Origin: a virus
Direction: 5' to 3' (one strand)
Length of the DNA stretch: 64,000 nt
IMG/VR virus record: IMGVR_UViG_3300042564_005549
Location: 1 to 64,000 of that record
Shown: piece by piece, positions 51,900 to 60,705 of the stretch
Layout of the letters: every line of letters begins with the position of its first letter
Position numbering within the stretch: position 1 is the first letter of the stretch
The notes under the pieces: model-generated
Told to the model about the DNA's origin: nothing
Databases searched by the model: none
The model's input: only the letters and a program-made list of their open reading frames with translations
Program-made: the position numbers and the translations under genes

Positions 51900-53084
51900 A
51901 TGGCACAATTAATATTAACTTGGTCGGCACCTTCGGATTGTAGTGGATGTACTTTTGAATATAGGTACAAACTTAGTAGTGCATCAACATATGTAACAGG
52001 TGCAACAAGTAATACTATTGTAACAATTAATAATTTAATTGACGCTCAAACATACAATTACAGTGTTAGGACCGTATGTCCTGATGCTGGAGGTAATTTA
52101 AGAAGTAGATGGTTAAATGGAAGTTCAGTTACTTGTAACACGAATCCACCATTACAACCAACACCCACACCTACAATTACCCCTACACCTACATCAACAC
52201 CAACTAGTACTCCAACACCGACACCAACGGCGACCGTATTAACACCAACCGCAACACCTACCCCAACTCCTACACCTACAACAACCGTAGGGTCTTGTTT
52301 AAGTGGTGATTTGACATCTTCAGGTAATTGTAGTAGTTCAGATTTGGCATCGTTTACATTATCTAGTGGTTATCAAGCAACGATTACACCAAGTGGATTT
52401 TTCTATAGTGGTACAGGAACTAGATATGCTTATGCATATTTAAGGACAAGTACAGGGACTAACATCCAACAATTTACATTAACGCAAGTTAACAGCACCA
52501 CACCAACATTCTCACCAAGTACGTATACAATTACGACACCAGGTTCATATCAACTTTACGTACAACAAGTTGATTGTAATCAGGGAGGCACAGGAGGTTC
52601 GGGTACAATGAGCCTTACTGTTGGTAATTGTCAAGTTTATACTGCACCGACTCCTACTCCTACCCCAACTCCAACAGCACAGCCAATTTACACTTTCTAT
52701 GCCGCGAGTCAAATACTTTGGGATAATGTAGGAACAACATATTGTAGTGAACCGGGATATATTATGTCAGGTCCATTATACTCTCTTGACGCAACACTCA
52801 CACCGGGCTCAACAGTATTATACACTGACTATACTTTAGAAACGGAATATGTTGGTGGATGGACTAATAGTTCAAACTATCGATTTGCGTATATTACCTC
52901 AACGGACCATCAATTATATACAAATTATCCGAGCTATCCAAACACCATTGACCCTGACGCAGATGGAAATATGGGAGGGATATTCAAATTTGCCGGCGTA
53001 GATGAAAATGGTGTTGTACAAACAACAGGAATATATAGTTGTAGTGGTGGAGGTTCAGGTGGAGGCGATGGTGCCATTGAATAA
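51900..53084 (+). CDS. FN3 + PT-linker adhesin-like protein
   Basis: LTWSAP...EYRYK...INNLIDAQTYNYSVRTVC...SRW (FN3); ends CSGGGSGGGDGAIE. Confidence 0.72.
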   Translation: MAQLILTWSAPSDCSGCTFEYRYKLSSASTYVTGATSNTIVTINNLIDAQTYNYSVRTVCPDAGGNLRSRWLNGSSVTCNTNPPLQPTPTPTITPTPTSTPTSTPTPTPTATVLTPTATPTPTPTPTTTVGSCLSGDLTSSGNCSSSDLASFTLSSGYQATITPSGFFYSGTGTRYAYAYLRTSTGTNIQQFTLTQVNSTTPTFSPSTYTITTPGSYQLYVQQVDCNQGGTGGSGTMSLTVGNCQVYTAPTPTPTPTPTAQPIYTFYAASQILWDNVGTTYCSEPGYIMSGPLYSLDATLTPGSTVLYTDYTLETEYVGGWTNSSNYRFAYITSTDHQLYTNYPSYPNTIDPDADGNMGGIFKFAGVDENGVVQTTGIYSCSGGGSGGGDGAIE

Positions 53085-53120
53085 CGATAACATAAATTCT
53101 AAAAAGAATATTTATAACAT

Positions 53121-55277
53121 ATGAGTTTTTTACACGAAAATGAATCAGAACATATAGCTGCGAGAATCACCAACGAAGGTAGACAAAAAATTGCTGAAGG
53201 TAATTTCAATATTGTCTATTTCCAAGTCGGAGATTCCGAATATGACTATAATTTCGAAGAGTATGATGGTACTTCAGGTACCACAAACCCATCTCAAAAG
53301 GTATTCACACCTTTGGATAAAGATTCTATTGTAAAATACCCATACAAGTTATCAGAATCAACAGTTACAGGTACAACATTTGGTAACCCAATTCAAGTAG
53401 CTCAAATAGAAACTATTAGAAATGAAATGGGCGCTGCGGGATTTGTTTCGGCTTATTTAGAATTTGATGATACAACAGACCCTTGTACAGGAACAACCGT
53501 TGAATGTTCAAATGAAAAGATACCGGTTTCGGCTTTATCAGGAACCACAACATTATATCTAACAGGAAACACATTTTCTGATTGTCAATATATAACAATT
53601 GCATTTACTGAATTAATCGGTGCAGATGCGGTGATTTCAGGAACATCAACAAGTTTAATTTATAGAGTAACTAATTTTGTTTCAGGTTCATCTGTTAATA
53701 CATTAACATTGGATAGAGCGACTCCAAATATGTCAAATATATGTTCAGGAGGTTTTGCAACTGTTATGTGTAACAAATGTAACCCATTTTTTCCTGGTCC
53801 ATATGAAACAGATTTAACTTGTTTACCAAACACACAAAACCCTGAAGACCAACAAGACCCTTGGACATTGAACATTGTGTGGAGTGAAAGACCTGCCGGT
53901 GTTAAAAACCAAGGTTCAGAAATTCAAGAATATGTTAGTGGTTACACAAGTAACGTATTCGTTTCAACAAAAGAATTTTTAGGATACGGTTCGTCATCGG
54001 GACAAACTGTAAACACAGGAACAACAATTACCAATTCATTTGGTGATTCGGTTGTTGTATTTCCTGAAGAACAACATAGTATAGCGATTATACATTATTC
54101 GGAATTGAATACTGAAAGAGAACCTGAAAAATTCTTTAAGTATGAAGATTATATTAGTACTAATAATAGTCTTACTGATGCGTTATTATATGACACAGAC
54201 GACCAACCAGTTACTGATTTAGATTACTTTGAGGTTTATATTCCATTTATTTATTATAATAGAAATACCGGTACCACAATAGGTGCAACATTCACAATGG
54301 ATACTACAGATTATTTTGTGAATTCAACCGCAATGGATACTAAATTAAATAAAATAAAGTACAGATACCTAATTGACGAAAGAGGATATAGAGTAGGTAG
54401 AGTTTATTATAATAACAAAATAATTGTATTTGATGACCAAGAGATTGTTGCAGTTTTAGATTACAAATCTAATAGAAAATATACATTACCAATTCCAAGA
54501 GTTTCTCAAGTTCCTGTTGATACTAAATGTAGCACCAATGGTAACCCATTAACACCACTTATGAGTGGAACTACAGGTCAAACTGTATTTGTTACATATC
54601 TTTTAGAATTTAGTGGGTCAACATCTTTACATTGTAACCACTATTCAAAAATAACAGGTACATCGTTAAATGCTGATATATCATTAAGATTCTCTGATGA
54701 TGATTGGGGACATATGAAATCTACAAAATGTGGATTTAAAGATGGTTACATTGCTGACAAATTATATGCATTAGTTCAATTGGTAGACACTGGTGACCAA
54801 CCACAAACTAATTTATGGACAAAGATTAATATTACATCGGACATCCCTAACCATACTACAGGATTAATTGACCCTGATAATTTAAAAGGTGCACGTTTTG
54901 TTATCACAAATGATGATTATGATAATGGTACGATATATGACATTGAAGACCATTTAGGTGAATTACCCGACCAACCAGCACCATATGCAAACGGTAGTTT
55001 TTATCAAACAACTCCTCAATTTGGTGACGAACAACCATTCCCTGGTAGTGTAAAATTGATTAGAGCTTCCGACTTAACTGTTATGAGATTCTTAGTTAAT
55101 TTACCAAATGGTGAATTTACAACAACACAAAACCCAAGTTATACCACAGGTAAAACTAAAAGAATTACTGAAGTTGCTTTACTTAACAGTAATAAAGAAG
55201 TTTTAGTAATCGGTAAAACACCAAAACCAATTCACAGAGTAGGAACTCAAGTATTTGCAGTTAAAATTGACCTCTAA
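53121..55277 (+). CDS. tail-collar/fibre-attachment protein (DUF3751-like termini)
   Basis: N-terminal ARITNEGRQKIAEG..FQVGD and C-terminal ITEVALLNSNKEVLVIGK..PI..VKIDL. Confidence 0.65.
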   Translation: MSFLHENESEHIAARITNEGRQKIAEGNFNIVYFQVGDSEYDYNFEEYDGTSGTTNPSQKVFTPLDKDSIVKYPYKLSESTVTGTTFGNPIQVAQIETIRNEMGAAGFVSAYLEFDDTTDPCTGTTVECSNEKIPVSALSGTTTLYLTGNTFSDCQYITIAFTELIGADAVISGTSTSLIYRVTNFVSGSSVNTLTLDRATPNMSNICSGGFATVMCNKCNPFFPGPYETDLTCLPNTQNPEDQQDPWTLNIVWSERPAGVKNQGSEIQEYVSGYTSNVFVSTKEFLGYGSSSGQTVNTGTTITNSFGDSVVVFPEEQHSIAIIHYSELNTEREPEKFFKYEDYISTNNSLTDALLYDTDDQPVTDLDYFEVYIPFIYYNRNTGTTIGATFTMDTTDYFVNSTAMDTKLNKIKYRYLIDERGYRVGRVYYNNKIIVFDDQEIVAVLDYKSNRKYTLPIPRVSQVPVDTKCSTNGNPLTPLMSGTTGQTVFVTYLLEFSGSTSLHCNHYSKITGTSLNADISLRFSDDDWGHMKSTKCGFKDGYIADKLYALVQLVDTGDQPQTNLWTKINITSDIPNHTTGLIDPDNLKGARFVITNDDYDNGTIYDIEDHLGELPDQPAPYANGSFYQTTPQFGDEQPFPGSVKLIRASDLTVMRFLVNLPNGEFTTTQNPSYTTGKTKRITEVALLNSNKEVLVIGKTPKPIHRVGTQVFAVKIDL

Positions 55278-55280
55278 CTA

Positions 55281-55309
55281 TTTACAAAACAAATAATATT
55301 ATTTATATA
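55281..55309 (+). promoter_or_regulatory. sigma70-like promoter candidate for the resolvase
   Basis: TTTACA-17 nt-TATATA ending 7 nt before ATG 55317. Confidence 0.45.
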
Positions 55310-55316
55310 TTATTTT

Positions 55317-55928
55317 ATGGAGAACAATTTAAAAAACAAAGCAAAGATTTTGGGATTGGATATCTCAACCAAAACTATTGGCTGGGCATTATTCGATATT
55401 AATAGTTCCAAACTATTGGAGTTAACACACTTCTCACCAAAAATCAAACCACAACCGGAAGATAAAATTGAAGAATTGTTGTTAAAGGCTGAAGCTTTTA
55501 AAAAACATCTTGAAGCTTATAGGAATATGGGTATCACGAGAGTGGTCATTGAAGAACCGTTATTACAATCAAATAACATTTATACCGTTGGTACTTTATT
55601 ACGTTACAATACTTTGATTTTAAAGAATTGTTATGACGTGTTAGGAATCGTTCCAACATTCATCTCAACATATAATGCAAGAAAATTTGCCTTTCCTGAT
55701 TTGGTTGGCGCAAATGATAAAGGTCGTAATGTGTTATTTGGTGGATACCCAAAAGACATCGACAAGAAACACGTAATTTGGGAGCACGTTAATAACGTAT
55801 GTCCTGATGTTAAGTGGTTGTATGGTAAAACAGGAGCACTTAAAAAAGAAAATTACGATATGAGTGATGCCGCAACTGCTGTGATTGGATATGTTAATAT
55901 GGTGAAGACAGAAAAATCCGGCAACTAA
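55317..55928 (+). CDS. RuvC-like Holliday junction resolvase
   Basis: ILGLDISTKTIGWA, VVIEEP, YDMSDAA catalytic pattern. Confidence 0.85.
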   Translation: MENNLKNKAKILGLDISTKTIGWALFDINSSKLLELTHFSPKIKPQPEDKIEELLLKAEAFKKHLEAYRNMGITRVVIEEPLLQSNNIYTVGTLLRYNTLILKNCYDVLGIVPTFISTYNARKFAFPDLVGANDKGRNVLFGGYPKDIDKKHVIWEHVNNVCPDVKWLYGKTGALKKENYDMSDAATAVIGYVNMVKTEKSGN

Positions 55929-55966
55929 TATTTCACTTTTAAATAATTAAATAATATATTTATTAA

Positions 55967-56041
55967 TAGGACGGGACGTGAGCCTTAAAATTCACGTTTG
56001 GTTGGTGTTCCCTCGGAGTGGTGTCCGAGGGATTTTTTTTT
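55967..56041 (+). ncRNA. putative small non-coding RNA (about 75 nt) with its own promoter and terminator
   Basis: TTCACT-17-TATATT and TATTTAT upstream; hairpin ACGTGA/TCACGT; terminator TCCCTCGGA-GTGGTG-TCCGAGGGA-T9; no ATG-initiated ORF. Confidence 0.55.
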
Positions 56042-56068
56042 GTCCTTTTTTTTACTTATATTTTCCAT

Positions 56069-57010
56069 ATGGGTATATCTATCGACGATTACGAACCGAT
56101 TATTGAGATTTTAGAAGATATTCTAGGGGACTATAGAATGCACAATGACTATAAAGGTCAAATGTCATTTGATTGTCCGGTTTGTTCGTATGAGTTAAAA
56201 GGATTAGACCACGGAGACGGTAAAGGTAATTTAGAAGTAAACTACAGACATAACGTTTATAAATGTTGGGCTTGTAGTGAAGTTAATAATACTCACGGTT
56301 CTTTACATAAATTAATTAAGAAATATGGGACAACCAAACATTTAAAAAGATATGAATTGTTGGTTCCCGAAGAAAGTTTTGAAAATGGAAAACCAAATTT
56401 TAAGGTTGTTAAATTACCCGAAGAATTTGTACCATTTTCTAAAGTTAGTGCCGGTTTAAAATTAACACACTACTATAAGACTGCGTTAAATTATGTCCGT
56501 AAAAGAAATATAACCGATGAGATGTTATACAAATATAACATTGGATTTTGTTATAGGGGACCATATAGCAATAGAATTATTATCCCTTCATATGATTCAG
56601 AAAATAGGTTAAATTACTTTATTGCAAGGTCATATGAGGCAAACACTAAGTTTAAATATAAAAACCCTGAGGCACAAAAAGAAATAGTAATCTTCAACGA
56701 AAATTTAATTGATTGGTTTATGCCAATCTATATTGTTGAGGGAGCATTTGATAGTATTTTTCTACCTAACTCAATTCCGATGTTAGGTAAAGTGATGGGT
56801 GAAAAATTATTTAGTTTATTATATGAGAAGGCATTAGAAGTTGTTGTGGTATTGGATGGAGATGCTTGGGAAAATTCTAAAAAAATATATCATAAGTTAA
56901 ATGGTGGTAGATTATTTGGGAAAGTTTGGACAATAAAATTACCGTTAGATAAAGACATTGCTGACCTCCAAGGTAAATTAGGTGAATACGAAAAAATACA
57001 ATTAGATTAA
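56069..57010 (+). CDS. DNA primase (Zn finger + TOPRIM)
   Basis: Start set at ATG 56069. CPVC...CWAC, RIIIP, YKNP, IVEGAFD, LDGDA, KDIAD. Confidence 0.92.
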   Translation: MGISIDDYEPIIEILEDILGDYRMHNDYKGQMSFDCPVCSYELKGLDHGDGKGNLEVNYRHNVYKCWACSEVNNTHGSLHKLIKKYGTTKHLKRYELLVPEESFENGKPNFKVVKLPEEFVPFSKVSAGLKLTHYYKTALNYVRKRNITDEMLYKYNIGFCYRGPYSNRIIIPSYDSENRLNYFIARSYEANTKFKYKNPEAQKEIVIFNENLIDWFMPIYIVEGAFDSIFLPNSIPMLGKVMGEKLFSLLYEKALEVVVVLDGDAWENSKKIYHKLNGGRLFGKVWTIKLPLDKDIADLQGKLGEYEKIQLD

Positions 57011-57011
57011 T

Positions 57012-57869
57012 ATGAATTTAGTAGAAATCTCAAAAGAGATAAACAATTTATTAGAAGAGAGAAGAAAGGATTTAGAACTTACTTTTATTGAGGAAGAACA
57101 CATTTATTATATGAAAGATATGAATGGTGTTTTGAGAAAAACATTTCCATCAGTATCTAAAGTAGTAAAGAAATTCCATAAAGCATTTGATGCTGAAGGT
57201 ACCGCACTAAGAATGTGTAACGGTGACCCAATTGCTGCTCGAGAGTTACAGGAACAATGGAAAGCAACCGGACAGTATGCTACCAATATGGGTAGTCGTG
57301 TTCACTTTGAATTAGAGAGTGATTTAGTACAAAGACACGAAGACTACAAAGAAGTTCGTAGACCAATTTTTGAATGTGACGAAACACAACTTACCAAAAG
57401 TGATAATATGATTATTGCAGGTAAACAGTTTCTTGACTTAATGTTAGAAAGAGGTGCGATTCTTATTGATACAGAAATAGTGTTAGGTGATAATGAATTA
57501 GGATATACGGGTCAGCCGGATAAAATATGGTTGATGTCGAATAAAGAAGGTACTGACTTTGGTATTGTTGTTACCGATTGGAAAACCAATCAACCAAAAA
57601 ACTTTGAAGTCCAACACTACACAGGTAGATTGTACCCACCATTCCAAGAGTATCACGATACTGCGTTAGGTCATTATTACATACAACTTCCACTTTACGC
57701 AAGATTGTTGATAAAGATGTTAAAAGGAACCAAGTACGAAAATTTAAAATTATTAGGTTGTGTGATTGTATTATTAAAAGAAGATGGTACATTCGTAGAG
57801 TACAAAGTTCCGCCACAAATTAACAACACAATCCTTCAAATGGATTTAACAAAATATACAAAGAAATGA
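57012..57869 (+). CDS. PD-(D/E)xK exonuclease (RecB/Cas4-like superfamily)
   Basis: PSVS, GSRVH, GQPDKI, VTDWKT, YYIQLPLY. Confidence 0.85.
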   Translation: MNLVEISKEINNLLEERRKDLELTFIEEEHIYYMKDMNGVLRKTFPSVSKVVKKFHKAFDAEGTALRMCNGDPIAARELQEQWKATGQYATNMGSRVHFELESDLVQRHEDYKEVRRPIFECDETQLTKSDNMIIAGKQFLDLMLERGAILIDTEIVLGDNELGYTGQPDKIWLMSNKEGTDFGIVVTDWKTNQPKNFEVQHYTGRLYPPFQEYHDTALGHYYIQLPLYARLLIKMLKGTKYENLKLLGCVIVLLKEDGTFVEYKVPPQINNTILQMDLTKYTKK

Positions 57870-58690
57870 TAAAGAAAATAATTCACATTGCTGATTTACA
57901 TATTCGTACAATTCAAATGCACGAGTTGTATAAAAAACAATTTGATAGATTAATTGATGAGATTAAAGAACACTCAATTCAATGGACATCAGAAGGTATT
58001 GGATGGGACGAAATTCGAATAGTAATCGCTGGTGACATTGCACACCAAAAGATTAATATATCTAATGAACAACTATTATTAACAAGTTGGTTCTTAAATA
58101 AATTATCAGGATATGGTAAAGTAATTATCATACCGGGAAATCACGATTTCTTAGAAAATAATACAGAACGTATCGATAGTATCACACCTATCGTGGAATT
58201 ATTGGATAACAAAAACATTACATACCTAAAAGATAGTGGTGATTACGTTGATACCGAAGGTAATGTCCAATGGGTTGTTTATTCATTATATCAACACAAT
58301 GTTAGACCTGAATTCACTAAACAAGAAGGGTTATTAACAGTCGGATTATTTCACGGACCGATTCAAGGATTGTCAACTGATTTAGGTTTTGAGTTTGAGG
58401 ATGCATATGATAGATTAAACTTTGTTGATTTAGATTTATTATTATGTGGAGATATTCATAAGAGACAACAATGGGATTTACCTAACGGAGGAAAGGCGGT
58501 TATGGTTGGAAGTCTAATCCAACAAAACTTTGGCGAAACTATTAAACATCACGGATATGGAATCTACGATGTTAATACCAAGGATTATACATTCCACGAT
58601 TTACCAAACGACCAACCATTTATGCATTTTAAAATAACAGATATTAACGATATTGAAAATGAGCAAGAGGAACTTATTAACCTTGGGTGA
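57866..58690 (+). CDS. Mre11/SbcD-like metallophosphoesterase (gp47-like), short
   Basis: IADLH, AGDIAH, PGNHD, FHG, CGDIHK, GSLIQQNFGE. Confidence 0.9.
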   Translation: MIKKIIHIADLHIRTIQMHELYKKQFDRLIDEIKEHSIQWTSEGIGWDEIRIVIAGDIAHQKINISNEQLLLTSWFLNKLSGYGKVIIIPGNHDFLENNTERIDSITPIVELLDNKNITYLKDSGDYVDTEGNVQWVVYSLYQHNVRPEFTKQEGLLTVGLFHGPIQGLSTDLGFEFEDAYDRLNFVDLDLLLCGDIHKRQQWDLPNGGKAVMVGSLIQQNFGETIKHHGYGIYDVNTKDYTFHDLPNDQPFMHFKITDINDIENEQEELINLG

Positions 58691-59108
58691 TGAGTTTCTT
58701 GAGTATTGCCGATTAAACGAAATTAAAGACGTTGAAAAATTGGCTAAAGAAACATTTCAAAGGGGTTTCACTATATTGAAGTATGGTGAGACCCCATACG
58801 GTATTAAGGGTACCGATAAAGTTGTTGAAAAAGAAATTATCAAAGAGGTTGTTGTTGAAAAAATCGTAGAGGTAATTAAAGAAGTTCCCGTTGAAAAAAT
58901 TGTGGAGGTGATTAAAGAAGTCCCTATTGAAATAGTCGGAGATACACAAATCATCACTAAGGAAGTTATAAAAGAAATAACTGTGGTGGATAATACCGAA
59001 ATAGAAAAATTAAGAGAAGAGAATAATAAGTTAAACGAGGCTTTAAATAAATTTAATAAGGCAACGTTTATGAAAAATAGTGATTTGAATAATTTATATG
59101 GCGAATAA
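58659..59108 (+). CDS. hypothetical protein with VEKIVEVIKEVP repeats
   Basis: ATG at 58659 (MSKRNLL). Val/Glu/Lys/Ile repeats followed by a coiled coil. Confidence 0.7.
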   Translation: MSKRNLLTLGDEFLEYCRLNEIKDVEKLAKETFQRGFTILKYGETPYGIKGTDKVVEKEIIKEVVVEKIVEVIKEVPVEKIVEVIKEVPIEIVGDTQIITKEVIKEITVVDNTEIEKLREENNKLNEALNKFNKATFMKNSDLNNLYGE

Positions 59109-60339
59109 ATTTAAAATAGGATTTATTGGTTTAGGTAAGTTGGGTTTACCTTGTGCATTGGCAATTGATAATAAGGGACACGATGTGTGGGGTTATGATA
59201 TTGATAATACCGTCGAGGAAATTCTTAATGGTAAGAAACTACCTTACCTTGAAGAAGGGGCTGAGGATTTATTAAAGACTCACAATATCAAATACGGAAC
59301 AGTAAAAGATGTTGTGAATCATTCTGATATAATATTTGTCCCAATCCAAACTCCTCACGATTATAAATTTGAAGGGTGTACAAGAATACCCGATGAAAGG
59401 TCAGACTTTGATTACGAACCTTTAAAAAATGGAATTAAAACTCTATCTGATGAAATACTAAAACAGGATGGAGAAAAGATTGTGGTAATCATATCAACAG
59501 TTTTACCCGGTACTATTGAAAGAGAAATAATGCCGATAATTGAAAGAAATGAAAATTTTATATTGTGTTATAACCCGTACTTCATTGCTATGGGAACAAC
59601 AATAAACGATTTTTTAAATCCTGAATTCATATTATTTGGTTCTAAAGATAAAAGAGCATCGAAGTATGTTAAGAAGTTTTATGAAACATTACACGATAAA
59701 CCATTTTATCAAACGTCAATCAAAAATGCAGAATTAATTAAAGTTTCCTATAATACCTTTATTGGTATGAAGATAGTATTTGCTAATACGATTATGGAAA
59801 TTTGTCATAAAACCGGTGCGAACATCGATGAAGTTATGGGTGGTTTGAAATTGGCAACGAACAGATTAATTTCCACCAAATATTTAAATGGAGGGATGGG
59901 AGATGGAGGAGGATGTCACCCAAGAGATAACATAGCAATGAGTTGGTTGGCTAATAAATTAAACCTATCCCACAATTTTTTTGAAGATATTATGGAAGCA
60001 AGAGAAGAACAAACAGAATTCTTAATCGAATTATTAACACAACAACCAGGACCATATACAATCTTGGGTAAGACGTTTAAAGAAAATACCAATTTAACTT
60101 TGGGTTCACCATCAATGTTATTGGCTAATATGTTAACGGAGCAAGGAGTTACATTCCAACACTACGACCCATTTGTCGACACGGTTGAACCATATTTTGA
60201 AAAAGGAACATATATTGTAACCGTACCTCACGAACAATTTATAAATTTTATTTTCCCTTCAGGTTCGATTGTTATTGATGTTTGGAGAATCTTAGACATC
60301 AACGACTCAACAGTTACACATATTAAAGTAGGTAACTAG
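59098..60339 (+). CDS. UDP-glucose/GDP-mannose 6-dehydrogenase family protein
   Basis: GLGKLG Rossmann motif, STVLPGT, AELIKVSYN, GDGGGCHPRD (catalytic Cys), FKENT, YDP. Confidence 0.92.
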   Translation: MANKFKIGFIGLGKLGLPCALAIDNKGHDVWGYDIDNTVEEILNGKKLPYLEEGAEDLLKTHNIKYGTVKDVVNHSDIIFVPIQTPHDYKFEGCTRIPDERSDFDYEPLKNGIKTLSDEILKQDGEKIVVIISTVLPGTIEREIMPIIERNENFILCYNPYFIAMGTTINDFLNPEFILFGSKDKRASKYVKKFYETLHDKPFYQTSIKNAELIKVSYNTFIGMKIVFANTIMEICHKTGANIDEVMGGLKLATNRLISTKYLNGGMGDGGGCHPRDNIAMSWLANKLNLSHNFFEDIMEAREEQTEFLIELLTQQPGPYTILGKTFKENTNLTLGSPSMLLANMLTEQGVTFQHYDPFVDTVEPYFEKGTYIVTVPHEQFINFIFPSGSIVIDVWRILDINDSTVTHIKVGN

Positions 60340-60340
60340 T

Positions 60341-60371
60341 TTTGATTTATCCATTTTTTTAGTTATATTTT
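60341..60371 (+). promoter_or_regulatory. early/middle promoter candidate
   Basis: TTTG-19 nt-TATATTTT, the same layout as at 22680. Confidence 0.45.
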
Positions 60372-60390
60372 TATAACAAAGAATATTATT

Positions 60391-60702
60391 ATGGATAAAA
60401 TTTTATTATGGTCACTCGCCGCTTATGGAATGACCTCAATTATTGTATGGGGTTCTATCTTTGAATCAACAAGAGAATTTATAAAAAGAAACTCAAAGTT
60501 TTTTGGGGACTTAGTTAGTTGTACTTTATGTACAAGTACTTGGGTTGGTTTTTTTATGTCATTAGCCTTAGGTGGATTAACAACTAAATTCTTCGATATA
60601 CATTGGGTATTCGGAATCTTTTGGGACGGTATGTTCACGGCAGGTATTGTGTGGTCAATAAATGCAATCATCGAATTTTTTGAAGAAAGTAGATTAAAAT
60701 AA
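60391..60702 (+). CDS. DUF1360-like small membrane protein
   Basis: Hydrophobic segments plus FFGDLVSCTLCTSTWVG. Confidence 0.7.
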   Translation: MDKILLWSLAAYGMTSIIVWGSIFESTREFIKRNSKFFGDLVSCTLCTSTWVGFFMSLALGGLTTKFFDIHWVFGIFWDGMFTAGIVWSINAIIEFFEESRLK

Positions 60703-60705
60703 TCT

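Noticed and set aside
56018-56068. Upstream non-ATG starts given in the ORF track (56018, also 2178, 21534, 58653)
   Set aside because: They lie inside a terminator or overlap the previous gene further; the downstream ATGs fit better.
57012-57869. Cas4/CRISPR adaptation gene
   Set aside because: No four-Cys Fe-S pattern and no array; it is a generic phage PD-(D/E)xK nuclease.
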